64,000 nucleotides of DNA from contig NZ_PZZP01000004.1 in NCBI RefSeq assembly GCF_003046315.1, positions 58,795 to 122,794 on the forward strand, given 5' to 3'. Below the pieces are notes generated by a model. It searched no databases, had not been told where the DNA came from, and saw only the letters and a list, made by a program, of their open reading frames with translations. This document shows, piece after piece, positions 9,933 through 18,938 of this stretch. Within the stretch, counting starts at the first letter, position 1. Each line of letters opens with the position of its first letter. The stretch comes from Desmospora activa DSM 45169 (GTDB taxonomy: Bacteria > Bacillota > Bacilli > Thermoactinomycetales > DSM-45169). The position numbers and the translations under genes are program-made.

Positions 9933-10619
9933 TTAAACGGTTAATGTAGGAAGCGAATCCTTTTCCGCTGTTTTTTCAATCGGTACCCAACCTTCTTCCA
10001 CAGCCCGCACTGCTAGACCTACCCTGGAATTAACCCCCCATTTGCGAATGGCTGACGCGATATGAGAGTCAACAGTTCGCCGGCTGATTCCCAACTGATC
10101 GGCAATCTCCTGATTGGTAAGGTCCTTGACCAACTCCATCACCACTTGTTTTTCCATCGGAGTAAGCGGCGGAGAAACGAGGGACTGTTTGCGCCGAAGG
10201 AATCGTAACGGCAGTTGAATTTGATCGGTGAAACTGGGACTGATATAGCAACCGCCCCGGCTTACCGTCCACAAGGCAAAAAATAATTCGGACGCACGGC
10301 TGCGCACCGTTAGGGCCCATGCTCTCCCATGGAACATATGTAGCCACTTTTCCACCCGTTCCTCCTCTTCCGAGATCACAACCACGGGCACTGGCAAATG
10401 GGATAATTTAGTCCACTCAACCCCGTCATGACCCTGAGCACAGCCAAAAACGAACACATCCGGCAAGGGCACCCTTCTGATCAGCAATTGTTCCAACTGT
10501 TCCGGCTTCCAAATTGTCTCCTCTACACAAAACTGATCCTCCTGTTGCAACATCCATGCCACACCGTGCAATAGTGGCTCTACCGGGTCTAATACCCATA
10601 CGCGAAGCAGACCACCCAA
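9933..10619 (-). CDS. LuxR/GerE-family transcriptional regulator with a degenerate receiver-like N-terminal domain
   Basis: C-terminal HTH LTPMEKQVVMELVKDLTNQEIADQLGISRRTVDSHIASAIRKWGV. The N-terminal domain resembles a response-regulator receiver but lacks the phospho-acceptor Asp (VFVFGCAQ). Confidence 0.7.
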   Translation of the reverse strand: MGGLLRVWVLDPVEPLLHGVAWMLQQEDQFCVEETIWKPEQLEQLLIRRVPLPDVFVFGCAQGHDGVEWTKLSHLPVPVVVISEEEERVEKWLHMFHGRAWALTVRSRASELFFALWTVSRGGCYISPSFTDQIQLPLRFLRRKQSLVSPPLTPMEKQVVMELVKDLTNQEIADQLGISRRTVDSHIASAIRKWGVNSRVGLAVRAVEEGWVPIEKTAEKDSLPTLTV

Positions 10620-10751
10620 ACACTCTCACCCCTTTTTTACCCCACCCTCTCCTTTCCACAAGGATAATTCTATAATATTTTCAAAAAACCCTGCCAAATT
10701 AAACCGTTCAAATAAAAAATCAGCCGACTTTACAGAATATATTTTTCACAA

Positions 10752-10788
10752 CAAAAAAACCACCTGAACATCACGGTTCTGATGGTTT
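10752..10788 (-). terminator. Rho-independent terminator after moaC (end of the moeA-moaA-moaC operon)
   Basis: Imperfect hairpin accatcagaaccgtgatgttcaggtggt followed by UUUUUUUGUUG on the minus-strand RNA. Confidence 0.55.
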
Positions 10789-10797
10789 TTCACCATG

Positions 10798-11304
10798 TTA
10801 AGATTGATGATCGCTCAGCAGTGGACGGTATTTTCGATGATAATCCCCGTTCTTACCGCCGCTCTTGTACACCAGTAGGGTTTCTTCCACCACCATCGAT
10901 CGATCCACCGCTTTACACATATCGTAAAGGGTTAAAGCCGCCGCGCTAACAGCGGTCAATGCTTCCATCTCCACTCCTGTTACATGCTCCGTCTTTGCCT
11001 CAGCCTCAATCAGCAACCGCGTATCGCTTTCCAGCTTAAAGCGGATGTTGACACCACTGAGTGGCACTGGATGGCACATAGGAATCAACTCGGCCGTTTT
11101 TTTGGCAGCCATAATCCCCGCCACTTGAGCAACGGCCAATACATCCCCTTTCGCCATTCTGCCTGCGCGGATTTGCTCCATCGTCTCAGGCTTCATCCGT
11201 AGATGCGCTTGCGCCACGGCCGTTCGCGCTGTTACTTGCTTTCCGGACACGTCCACCATATGTGCCCGCCCTTGTTCATTGATGTGCGTAAATGATGGTT
11301 TCAC
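10798..11304 (-). CDS. moaC: Cyclic pyranopterin monophosphate synthase MoaC
   Basis: 168 aa. MVDVSGK...IPMCHPV...TGVEMEALTAVSAAALTLYDM core motifs. Confidence 0.9.
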   Translation of the reverse strand: MKPSFTHINEQGRAHMVDVSGKQVTARTAVAQAHLRMKPETMEQIRAGRMAKGDVLAVAQVAGIMAAKKTAELIPMCHPVPLSGVNIRFKLESDTRLLIEAEAKTEHVTGVEMEALTAVSAAALTLYDMCKAVDRSMVVEETLLVYKSGGKNGDYHRKYRPLLSDHQS

Positions 11305-11315
11305 TGTGTCGCCTC

Positions 11316-12338
11316 CTAGCCGCCGATATACGACATTTCCACTTTATTGTGTGTGCCATCCGCCCGCTGGGTACGTTCTTGTGAGTAACGATCTTTTCGG
11401 TGCAGCCAAACGTCACCGAGCAAGCGAGCCAATTGCTCATCCCCGGCACCATTGCGAAGGGATGTCCGTAAATCCGTACCCTGGGAAGCGAACAGGCAGG
11501 TGTATAGGTGCCCGTCAGCGGAAAGGCGAGCGCGGGTGCAGCTGCCGCAAAAGGGAGCGCTCACCGAAGCGATCACCCCCACTTGGGTTTGACTTCCCTC
11601 ATATCGGTAGCGATTAGCCACTTCACCGTGATAAGCGGGCTCCAAAGGGATCAACGGCATCTCTTTTCCGATACGTGCCAAAATCTCCTCCTTGGATACC
11701 ACTTGTGCTAGATCCCAACCATTGGTGTTACCCACATCCATAAATTCAATAAAACGCAACGTGTGCCCTTTTTCTTTAAAATAGCGGGCCATCGGCAGGA
11801 TTTCACCATCATTGACCCCTTTTTGTACCACCATGTTCACCTTTACCCGCAAACCGACGGCAGCAGCGGCATCAATCCCCGCCAAAACCTGTTTGACATC
11901 TCCTTTGCCCCCACTCATCCGGGCAAAGGTGTCGGCATGGAGAGCGTCTAAGCTGACGTTGACCCGATCCAGTCCCGCTTCCACCAACTCCTGCGCAAAC
12001 CGAGGCAACAATGTGCCGTTAGTGGTAAGAGCGATATCGTCAATTTCGGGAATCGTACTCACCATCCGGATCAAAGTGGGCAAATCTCTACGCAACAAAG
12101 GTTCCCCACCAGTTAACCGTATCTTTTTTACGCCAAAGTGGGTAAACAGTTTAACGAGACGAATAATCTCCTCAAATGTTAACAACTCATCCCGGGGCAA
12201 AAAGGGATAATCCGGGCCAAACACCTCAGCGGGCATGCAGTAACGGCAGCGGAAATTGCAGCGATCGGTGACGGAGACGCGGAGGTCCCGCAGCGGCCGT
12301 CCCAAGCGATCCACTCCCTTGATCGTGTCCGACTCCAT
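11316..12338 (-). CDS. moaA: GTP 3',8-cyclase MoaA (radical SAM)
   Basis: 340 aa. [10 protein letters not shown] radical-SAM cluster motif, C-terminal second cluster CGSC, GG tail. Confidence 0.9.
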   Translation of the reverse strand: MESDTIKGVDRLGRPLRDLRVSVTDRCNFRCRYCMPAEVFGPDYPFLPRDELLTFEEIIRLVKLFTHFGVKKIRLTGGEPLLRRDLPTLIRMVSTIPEIDDIALTTNGTLLPRFAQELVEAGLDRVNVSLDALHADTFARMSGGKGDVKQVLAGIDAAAAVGLRVKVNMVVQKGVNDGEILPMARYFKEKGHTLRFIEFMDVGNTNGWDLAQVVSKEEILARIGKEMPLIPLEPAYHGEVANRYRYEGSQTQVGVIASVSAPFCGSCTRARLSADGHLYTCLFASQGTDLRTSLRNGAGDEQLARLLGDVWLHRKDRYSQERTQRADGTHNKVEMSYIGG

Positions 12339-12342
12339 TTAC

Positions 12343-14202
12343 TCACCCCCTGATGATAGTGGGTTTATCCAACCCTGACCGTTGTAACACTTTTCGTAAG
12401 GGTTGATCCTGCAGTAGTTGCAGCAAGATTTCTCCCTCTGTCTCCTTCAATAAGGAAGGGGTCACCAATAAAGAAAGGCGTCTCCGTGCGATTGGCAGAA
12501 AATCAACCGTATCGGCATATTCAGCAAAAGCAATCCCCCATGCCGCAGCGGCTCCTTCCCCGTATACAGCGGCGGCGGCCTTTAAATAAGACGGTTCTTC
12601 TTTTCGGTGCAATGGTATAGAAACACCGGCGTAGACAGCCGCTTTTTCCAAAAATATACGACCGGAGTGGCCGCTGGGGGGAAGAATCCAGTGAAGGTCC
12701 GATCGGTGCCAATCCTGAATACCGACAATCGCATCCGGATTTCCTTTTTGTACAATCCACCCCCAAGTTACATCCCCCAGCGGAAGGGCATGCGACAGGT
12801 CGGTATCCCTTTCCTCACATTCGGGTAGTGTGTCCGTGCCATCGGTTTCCACCACTACCGCCGCACAAGTCCCTTTTCGCCACCGATCCAAAGCATCCTG
12901 CATTCCCGTCACATACCGGGCTACGGCTCGCCCCGACTGCTTAGACCAAGCGGAGAGCAGAATATCCAAGGCGGGAGCATCCCCGCCCGCCACCAAAATC
13001 CGATCGCGTAGCAGCGAGAGTGGACGGGTTAAGCGTACCGATACGTTTTTGCCTGCCGTCCATTGACTACTATCCGCAGGCACCTTTATCCATCCGTCCG
13101 CCTGCGACAGAGAAAAGGTAACTCCTGCCCCTTTTGTCAGTGGAATTGCATCCCAATTTCCGTCCGGACCTGCCAGCAAGCGAACACGTAAATGGTCTTC
13201 CGCTCCCATTCGTGTATGGACAGGCTGACTTAGACGGGCGGGTACTTCTTCTTCATGGGAAGTACGCTCTCCCCGCCATTTCCGTATCCATGGTTTAGCG
13301 AACCACTCTAAGCCGAGATAAGCGGAGACAGGGTAACCCGGCAATCCCAATACCGGCTTCCCGGCGACAACCGCCAGTGCAGCGGGTTTACCTGGGCGGG
13401 CGGACACGCCGTGTACCAGTAAGGTGCCCATCTCCTTTAAAACGGAAGGAACAAAATCTTTTGCTCCTTTGGAGGAACCGGCGTTGACGATGACCAGATC
13501 CGACTGTTCCAAGGCATGTTCCAGTGTTTGTCGAATCAGGGCGGGATCGTCGGGAACAATGCCGCCATACCGGGTGATTGCTCCCCATTCCCGCAACGTT
13601 TCCCCCAGCAGTGTACTATTAAATTCAACAATCTCTCCCCGCTGCGGCTCTAACCCTGGCGGCACCAGTTCTCTACCTGTCGCGATGATAGTGACGAGCG
13701 GGCGTGTAAGCACGGGTACCTCCCACACACCACCAGCCAGAAGCACAGCCTGATCAACCGGACGAATCTTTTGTCCGGCAGACAGCAACACCTCCCCCGC
13801 CGCCACATCTTCCCCCGTCTGTCGCACATGTTGGAAGGAAGAAGCAGGACGGGTGATCGCCACACACCCCTCTCCCTCCACATTAACATGCTCCACCATA
13901 ATGACAGCATCCGCCCATGCAGGAATCGGATCACCCGTATTAATCCAGGCAAAATCTTCTCCTTCGCGCAATTTCATAGGTGTATGGGGTGACGCTGCCT
14001 GTGTCGCCTCCGATCGCACCGCGATCCCATCTATCGCGGAAGCGGAATAGGACGGCATCGACAGTTGGGCCTGCACCGGCTCTGCCATATATCGATTCCG
14101 TGCCTGCTGAGTCGGGATTCGCTCGATTCCGGGCCGGGGAGGGGCAGCCTGCAACAACCGGTCCAATGCTTCTTGTACAGTTACAGCACCGTCTTTTTCC
14201 AT
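12343..14202 (-). CDS. moeA: Molybdopterin molybdenumtransferase MoeA fused to a C-terminal periplasmic-binding-protein-like molybdate-binding domain (COG1910)
   Basis: N-terminal about 400 aa is MoeA (MoCF_biosynth core ...IIATGRELVPPG...VNAGSSKGAKDF..., MoeA_C). The C-terminal about 220 aa is PBP-like (LVAGGDAPALDILL...). Start set at MEKDGAVTVQEAL, with RBS GAGGGGG 5 nt upstream. The ORF extends 21 codons further without an RBS. Confidence 0.8.
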   Translation of the reverse strand: MEKDGAVTVQEALDRLLQAAPPRPGIERIPTQQARNRYMAEPVQAQLSMPSYSASAIDGIAVRSEATQAASPHTPMKLREGEDFAWINTGDPIPAWADAVIMVEHVNVEGEGCVAITRPASSFQHVRQTGEDVAAGEVLLSAGQKIRPVDQAVLLAGGVWEVPVLTRPLVTIIATGRELVPPGLEPQRGEIVEFNSTLLGETLREWGAITRYGGIVPDDPALIRQTLEHALEQSDLVIVNAGSSKGAKDFVPSVLKEMGTLLVHGVSARPGKPAALAVVAGKPVLGLPGYPVSAYLGLEWFAKPWIRKWRGERTSHEEEVPARLSQPVHTRMGAEDHLRVRLLAGPDGNWDAIPLTKGAGVTFSLSQADGWIKVPADSSQWTAGKNVSVRLTRPLSLLRDRILVAGGDAPALDILLSAWSKQSGRAVARYVTGMQDALDRWRKGTCAAVVVETDGTDTLPECEERDTDLSHALPLGDVTWGWIVQKGNPDAIVGIQDWHRSDLHWILPPSGHSGRIFLEKAAVYAGVSIPLHRKEEPSYLKAAAAVYGEGAAAAWGIAFAEYADTVDFLPIARRRLSLLVTPSLLKETEGEILLQLLQDQPLRKVLQRSGLDKPTIIRG

Positions 14203-14372
14203 GTGATCGCCCCCTCGCACACCCCTGATGTCGAATGATTCCAACGCTTTCTTTCTTAATAGCATAGCATCGCCTACCCATGCTGTCGAGGGAAGGTCAC
14301 TCGCAAGACTGGCAAATAGTCAGATATTCCTTTACAGTGAAAAAACATCGAAACGGAGTCCGACTTTTGTTA

Positions 14373-14435
14373 CAGTGTCTATAACACATTTTCACCGGAG
14401 GTGAGGGTTTAATGGAAGATACCCGACGATCAACA
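14373..14435 (+). repeat. Direct repeat copy 1, about 89% identical to 15083-15144. It duplicates the HisC-like promoter/RBS and first 7 codons, and ends in a 20-aa remnant ORF MEDTRRSTGKQGESSWRPFL.
   Basis: acagtgtctataacacattttcaccggaggtgagggtttaATGgaagatacccgacgatcaac versus acagtgtgtataacgtattttgccggaggtgaggatttaATGgaagatacccgactgtcaac. Confidence 0.8.
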
Positions 14436-14511
14436 GGAAAACAGGGTGAGAGCTCTTGGAGGCCGTTTCTTTAGCGGGTACTTCAATAAAAAGTAACGGG
14501 ATTAACCTTTT

Positions 14512-15057
14512 ATGACAGATCGATATGATTCTGTACACCTGGCCAGTAAGGATATCCAGCGAGCATGGCTGCTGCAGAACGAGGAGCGCGATCAGGATGG
14601 CAACACGACAAATTGGTGGCTGTCTATTATACAACCTGTAAGCACGCGAATCTCCTTCTTCTCTTCCGAACCATCAAAGGACGCATGGGCTCGATTCGCG
14701 GTAACTTCGATTGAAACCGCAGAAGAAGTCGGTGCTATCTCTGCCGACGAGGCATCGATCAGGCTTTCAAACTTAAGCGTTGTGCTAACTCGGGCAAGAT
14801 TCAACCCTGAGAAAATCGACCCCGCTCTGGCTTCAAAAAATATCATCCATCGCGCATTGACTTGCATCGATCTCACTCATGCAGAAGCGAGCCAGAAGAG
14901 TCGAAATTGGCCAGAGCAACCGATCGAAACCACTCGTTCATTAAGGCGTATCAAGAACTTGATACGGCCCGTTCTTCCGCTTGTCGATCACGTCCACGAC
15001 GAGAAATTGAAGCAACGACTGGCGCAGTGGCGGGATCTGTTACCCCAACTTCCATAG
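14512..15057 (+). CDS. Hypothetical protein (181 aa, no recognisable domain) flanked by the 62-bp direct repeats
   Basis: Uninterrupted 546-nt ORF in about 50% GC DNA. Weak RBS. No similarity recognised to known families. Confidence 0.45.
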   Translation: MTDRYDSVHLASKDIQRAWLLQNEERDQDGNTTNWWLSIIQPVSTRISFFSSEPSKDAWARFAVTSIETAEEVGAISADEASIRLSNLSVVLTRARFNPEKIDPALASKNIIHRALTCIDLTHAEASQKSRNWPEQPIETTRSLRRIKNLIRPVLPLVDHVHDEKLKQRLAQWRDLLPQLP

Positions 15058-15082
15058 ATGGAAACAAAGGTGTAAGTTTATC

Positions 15083-15144
15083 ACAGTGTGTATAACGTAT
15101 TTTGCCGGAGGTGAGGATTTAATGGAAGATACCCGACTGTCAAC
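15083..15144 (+). repeat. Direct repeat copy 2: the functional promoter/RBS/start region of the HisC-like gene
   Basis: See copy 1. Contains GGAGGTGAGG RBS and the ATG at 15122. Confidence 0.8.
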
Positions 15145-16276
15145 GTCCGCAAAGGCGGAAAAACGTGCTCCTTTTTCAAATCTGGTTAACGCACTCCCGG
15201 CGACCGTTCCATTTGTCCCTCCTGAACAAACGGAGCGGCAGCTGGGACGCCGCTTCCAGCTGAGACTGGGTGCCAACGAGAGCTCCTTTGGATTATCACC
15301 CATGGCCAAGCAGGCTTTGATCGACGCCGCCGCTGAAACAAACTGGTACGGCGACGCCACCAATGATGCGTTACGGCAAAAGTTATCCAGGCTACATGGA
15401 GTTCCCATGGAATCTATCGCCGTCGGAGCAGGAATCGATGAGATTTTGGGCTGGATCGCTCGTCTCTTTTTAAACCCTGGAGATGGGGTAACAACGTCCC
15501 ACGGCAGTTATCCTACTTTTCATTATCATGTAAACGGATTTGGCGGCGTTCTCCATTGGGTTCCTTATCGCCATTTTTACAACGATTGCGAGGGGTTGGC
15601 CCGACAAGCGCATGCCACCGGTTCGCGCATCGTTTATCTCGCCAATCCCGATAACCCTACCGGCACCTTTTTAAAACAAGAGGATATCCGGGAACTGCGG
15701 CGACAACTGCCTGCCGATTGTGTATTGGTGATCGATGAAGCATACGTTGAATTTGCACCGGCTGAGGATGTGCTGCCCCTGGATGCAAATGATCCCAATG
15801 TGATCCGTACCCGCACCTTTTCTAAAGTGTACGGTCTCGCCGGGGCCCGGGTCGGTTACGCCATCGCCCACCCGGATACAATCGCCAGCTTTGATAAAAT
15901 CCGCAACCACTTCGGCGTGGCACGGGCCGCACAACAGGCAGCATTAGCCTCTCTTGCGGATTCCGATTTTCTTAATCGCGTCATCGCCTTCGTCAATGAA
16001 GGGAAAACGGATTACAGTACCCTAGCACAAGAGCTGGGCTATACCACTCTTCCCTCTGCCACCAATTTTGTTGCCATCGATACCGGCAGTGAAAAAGCGG
16101 CGCGTTGGTGGATGGATGCGCTGGAAAAACAGGGTGTATTTATCCGTGTTCCCGGTGTCGCCCCGTTAAATCGGTGCCTGCGGATTACCGTCGGAAATCA
16201 AGAAGAACGAAACATCTTGGCCCACCACATGAAAAAATTGAAACCCCAGGTACCGATCAACGAAGAAACGCGATGA
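15122..16276 (+). CDS. Histidinol-phosphate aminotransferase family protein (class II PLP aminotransferase; HisC/CobD-like)
   Basis: 385 aa. YLANPDNPTG, VIDEAY, TFSKVYGLAGARVGY (PLP-Lys) motifs. Start at MEDTRL, with GGAGGTGAGG 5 nt upstream. The ORF extends 12 codons further upstream. Confidence 0.8.
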   Translation: MEDTRLSTSAKAEKRAPFSNLVNALPATVPFVPPEQTERQLGRRFQLRLGANESSFGLSPMAKQALIDAAAETNWYGDATNDALRQKLSRLHGVPMESIAVGAGIDEILGWIARLFLNPGDGVTTSHGSYPTFHYHVNGFGGVLHWVPYRHFYNDCEGLARQAHATGSRIVYLANPDNPTGTFLKQEDIRELRRQLPADCVLVIDEAYVEFAPAEDVLPLDANDPNVIRTRTFSKVYGLAGARVGYAIAHPDTIASFDKIRNHFGVARAAQQAALASLADSDFLNRVIAFVNEGKTDYSTLAQELGYTTLPSATNFVAIDTGSEKAARWWMDALEKQGVFIRVPGVAPLNRCLRITVGNQEERNILAHHMKKLKPQVPINEETR

Positions 16277-16349
16277 GCAGCCAACAAGGGCCGACCTCCG
16301 CATGAGGCCTGTCAAGTCGCGTGAATCCAACAAATCCACCTACATCAAA

Positions 16350-16384
16350 CCCCAGCCTCCCATATCCGGGAGCCGGGGTTTTTC
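16350..16384 (+). terminator. Rho-independent terminator after the HisC-like gene
   Basis: ccccagcctccc-atatcc-gggagccgggg followed by TTTTTC. Confidence 0.6.
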
Positions 16385-16428
16385 TTCCTCTCAATATAAT
16401 CATGGAATAAGAGCCGTCAAGTAAAACA

Positions 16429-17049
16429 TCAGGAAGCGTCATCATCGGTATGGGCAAGGGTACGTTTAAGAGCGGAGCGAAGCTCGTCCATCATCCCTTC
16501 CATCATCCGTTTCCGTTCATCCCAGGGGAATTGGGGCACCGTCTGTCGTAATTCATTCATTTTTCGTTGGTCGTACTCCATCAGTTCCAACAATGATTCA
16601 CACGCTTGTACCAATGCATTCCAATCTTCCTGTGGAATTTCCACGCGGTCATCCTCTTCTTCTAGATATGAGTTGCGCACGGGTTCATCCTCTCCATTCT
16701 CTTCAACCTCTATTTCATCATTTTGGAGAGCCTTTACCTCCAAGCGATAGTGACCGCTCTCCCGTAAAGTTAAATCCAAGCCGCCTTCGCTTACTTCAAT
16801 TCGTTGGATCATGCGCTGCTCCTCCGGTATTTGTTCCAAATACCCGACGATCAGATCAAACAATAAATAGGTGATTTCCTGTTCTTTCCCCAATCGATCC
16901 AACCTCCTCGCCCAAGCGTATATAGAATCGAATGAAAATATCAGCAGACTCATTAACGGGTTTGGATCATGCCATGTTTCTCTGTCACTTGCCAATCGGG
17001 TTGGTGGTGGTTCACAATAGAAAATATGATTTCCCAATGTATTGCGCAT
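16429..17049 (-). CDS. Hypothetical acidic protein (206 aa), divergent from moaDE
   Basis: Long ORF with GAAGG RBS. Very acidic C-terminal half (EIEVEENGEDEPVRNSYLEEEDDRVEIPQEDW). No family recognised. Confidence 0.45.
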   Translation of the reverse strand: MRNTLGNHIFYCEPPPTRLASDRETWHDPNPLMSLLIFSFDSIYAWARRLDRLGKEQEITYLLFDLIVGYLEQIPEEQRMIQRIEVSEGGLDLTLRESGHYRLEVKALQNDEIEVEENGEDEPVRNSYLEEEDDRVEIPQEDWNALVQACESLLELMEYDQRKMNELRQTVPQFPWDERKRMMEGMMDELRSALKRTLAHTDDDAS

Positions 17050-17123
17050 AAGACAACCTTCGGTAAAGCAGTTTGCGCCGACGGATAATAAAAGAAGGGA
17101 GGCTGGCGCTCAGCCCTAAAACC

Positions 17124-17831
17124 ATGGAAATTCGCATTCTATTATTTGCGGCAGTAGCCGAAGCCATCGGTCAACGGTCGATTACCCTTAAACTGCCTGC
17201 ACAAGCGTCTGTGCGTGATGTGATTCAACAGTTGGAACATCAGTACCCGGACGCCTCCGAACTGATCCGCGTCGCCGTCATCGCCCGTAATCAGGAATAC
17301 GCCGAATTGGATGAGACAATTCTTCCCGGAGACGAAATTGCCCTGATCCCACCGGTAAGCGGTGGAGAGGCGGAGGAAGCGTCCTTATTTACCATCACGG
17401 AGGAACCCCTGTCTGCTGACCGCCTCATTGCGCTCGTCTCCAACCCCAGAGCCGGAGCGGTACTCACGTTTGCCGGAACAGTGCGGGAGTTTACCGCCGA
17501 TCGGCGCACGATCCATCTGGAATATGAAGCATATGGCCCCATGGCAACCCAGAAAATGAAAGCGATCGCGGCGGAGATCCATCAACGGTGGCCGGATGTG
17601 CGCGTCGCCATGACACATCGGGTAGGAAAGCTGGAGCCGGAGGAAATTAGCGTCCTGATCGCCGTCGCTTCCCCTCATCGGCCGGAATCCTTTGCAGCGG
17701 GTCGTTATGCAATTGAGCGCTTAAAACAGACCGTTCCCATCTGGAAAAAGGAGATCTGGGAAGACGGCACACAATGGCTGGGTCCACAAACCGATCACTG
17801 GGATCCTCGAAAACCCGCGAATCCCTCATAA
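17124..17831 (+). CDS. moaDE: Molybdopterin synthase MoaD-MoaE fusion (sulfur-carrier plus catalytic subunit)
   Basis: N-terminal about 80 aa is a MoaD ubiquitin-like domain ending ...IALIPPVSGG. Then a MoaE domain (LTFAGTVREF...YEAYGPMA...WPDVRVAMTHRVGKL...PHRPESFAAGRYAIERLK). ATG 17124 chosen. The ORF tool starts at TTG 17073 instead. Confidence 0.8.
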   Translation: MEIRILLFAAVAEAIGQRSITLKLPAQASVRDVIQQLEHQYPDASELIRVAVIARNQEYAELDETILPGDEIALIPPVSGGEAEEASLFTITEEPLSADRLIALVSNPRAGAVLTFAGTVREFTADRRTIHLEYEAYGPMATQKMKAIAAEIHQRWPDVRVAMTHRVGKLEPEEISVLIAVASPHRPESFAAGRYAIERLKQTVPIWKKEIWEDGTQWLGPQTDHWDPRKPANPS

Positions 17832-17861
17832 CCCATCCCTTCCAGCAAAGGAGGTGCTACC

Positions 17862-18893
17862 ATGTCCATTCCACATGGTCGTTTTTCCAGGCAGATCTTG
17901 TTTTCCCCGATTGGAGAAAGGGGACAAGCGGCACTGGCCCGGGCAAACGTGGCTATCGTCGGCATCGGCGCTTTGGGTACCGCCCTGGCTCACCATCTAG
18001 TACGAGCAGGAGTGGGTCACCTTCGCATCATTGACCGCGATTTTGTGGAAGAGAGCAATCTGCAGCGACAAATGCTGTTTACAGAGAAAGATGCAGAAGA
18101 CTCCATGCCCAAAGCGATCGCCGCCCGCGATCACCTGCAAACAATCAACTCCGCTGCCGACATAACGGCCCATGTAGCCGACCTGACCTGGCGTAACGCC
18201 GAAGAGTTGCTTACCGATGTCGACCTAATCTTAGACGGCAGCGATAATTTCTCCGTTCGCTATTTGATCAACGATACAGCTGTAAAGCACGGGATCCCAT
18301 GGATTTACGGCGGAGCAGTCAGCTCGCGAGGAATGACCTTCACCATTCGTCCAGGAATCACACCCTGTCTCGCTTGCCTCTTCCCGGAAATCCCTGCTCC
18401 TGGAACGACGGAAACCTGTGATACCGCCGGTGTGATTGGACCCGTAGTGCAGGTGGTGGCCGCTTACCAGGCAGCGGAGGCACTTAAGCTGTTGGTAGGG
18501 GATACGGATGCTCTCGATTCCCGCCTGCGCCATTTTGAACTGTGGCACAACCGGGATGGCGCATTGCAAGTGGCTCCGAGCAAACGAGAACATTGCCCGG
18601 TATGTAAACAGGGGGAATATAAACACTTGCATCCATCCAACCCCACTGATACCGCTGTTTCCCTCTGTGGCCGCAACACGGTACAAGTGTCATCAGCAAG
18701 CACCCTCGATTTAGATCGGTTGGAACACCGCCTCTCCTCACTGGGTACAGTGGAGCGAAATCGCTTTTTGCTTCGCGCCCAGGTGGATGAGCAGCACCGT
18801 TTGGTGATTTTCCCCGACGGACGGGTACTGGTGCAAGGCACCGATCAAGCGGAAACAGCTCGTTCCCTCGTAGCCCGTTACATCGGAGCGTAA
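17862..18893 (+). CDS. moeB: Molybdopterin-synthase adenylyltransferase MoeB (ThiF/MoeB family; no rhodanese domain)
   Basis: 343 aa. GIGALGTALAHHLVRAGVGHLRIIDRDFVEESNLQRQ Rossmann/ThiF motif. CxxC...CPVC zinc site. Confidence 0.85.
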   Translation: MSIPHGRFSRQILFSPIGERGQAALARANVAIVGIGALGTALAHHLVRAGVGHLRIIDRDFVEESNLQRQMLFTEKDAEDSMPKAIAARDHLQTINSAADITAHVADLTWRNAEELLTDVDLILDGSDNFSVRYLINDTAVKHGIPWIYGGAVSSRGMTFTIRPGITPCLACLFPEIPAPGTTETCDTAGVIGPVVQVVAAYQAAEALKLLVGDTDALDSRLRHFELWHNRDGALQVAPSKREHCPVCKQGEYKHLHPSNPTDTAVSLCGRNTVQVSSASTLDLDRLEHRLSSLGTVERNRFLLRAQVDEQHRLVIFPDGRVLVQGTDQAETARSLVARYIGA

Positions 18894-18938
18894 AACCAAA
18901 CCCAGCGATTACGCAAAGGTCGCTGGGTTTGGTTTTTT
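18894..18938. terminator. Bidirectional terminator between moeB and the convergent dehydrogenase gene. 15-bp perfect stem.
   Basis: aaccaaacccagcga-ttacgcaaagg-tcgctgggtttggtt followed by TTTT. Confidence 0.7.

Noticed and set aside
12521-14281. Multiple 65-113-aa ORFs inside and antisense to moeA
   Set aside because: Shadow ORFs within a clearly homologous MoeA gene.
14203-14380. Moco riboswitch upstream of moeA
   Set aside because: This would be the expected location, but I could not recognise the conserved Moco-motif core by eye. It needs cmsearch with Rfam RF01055.
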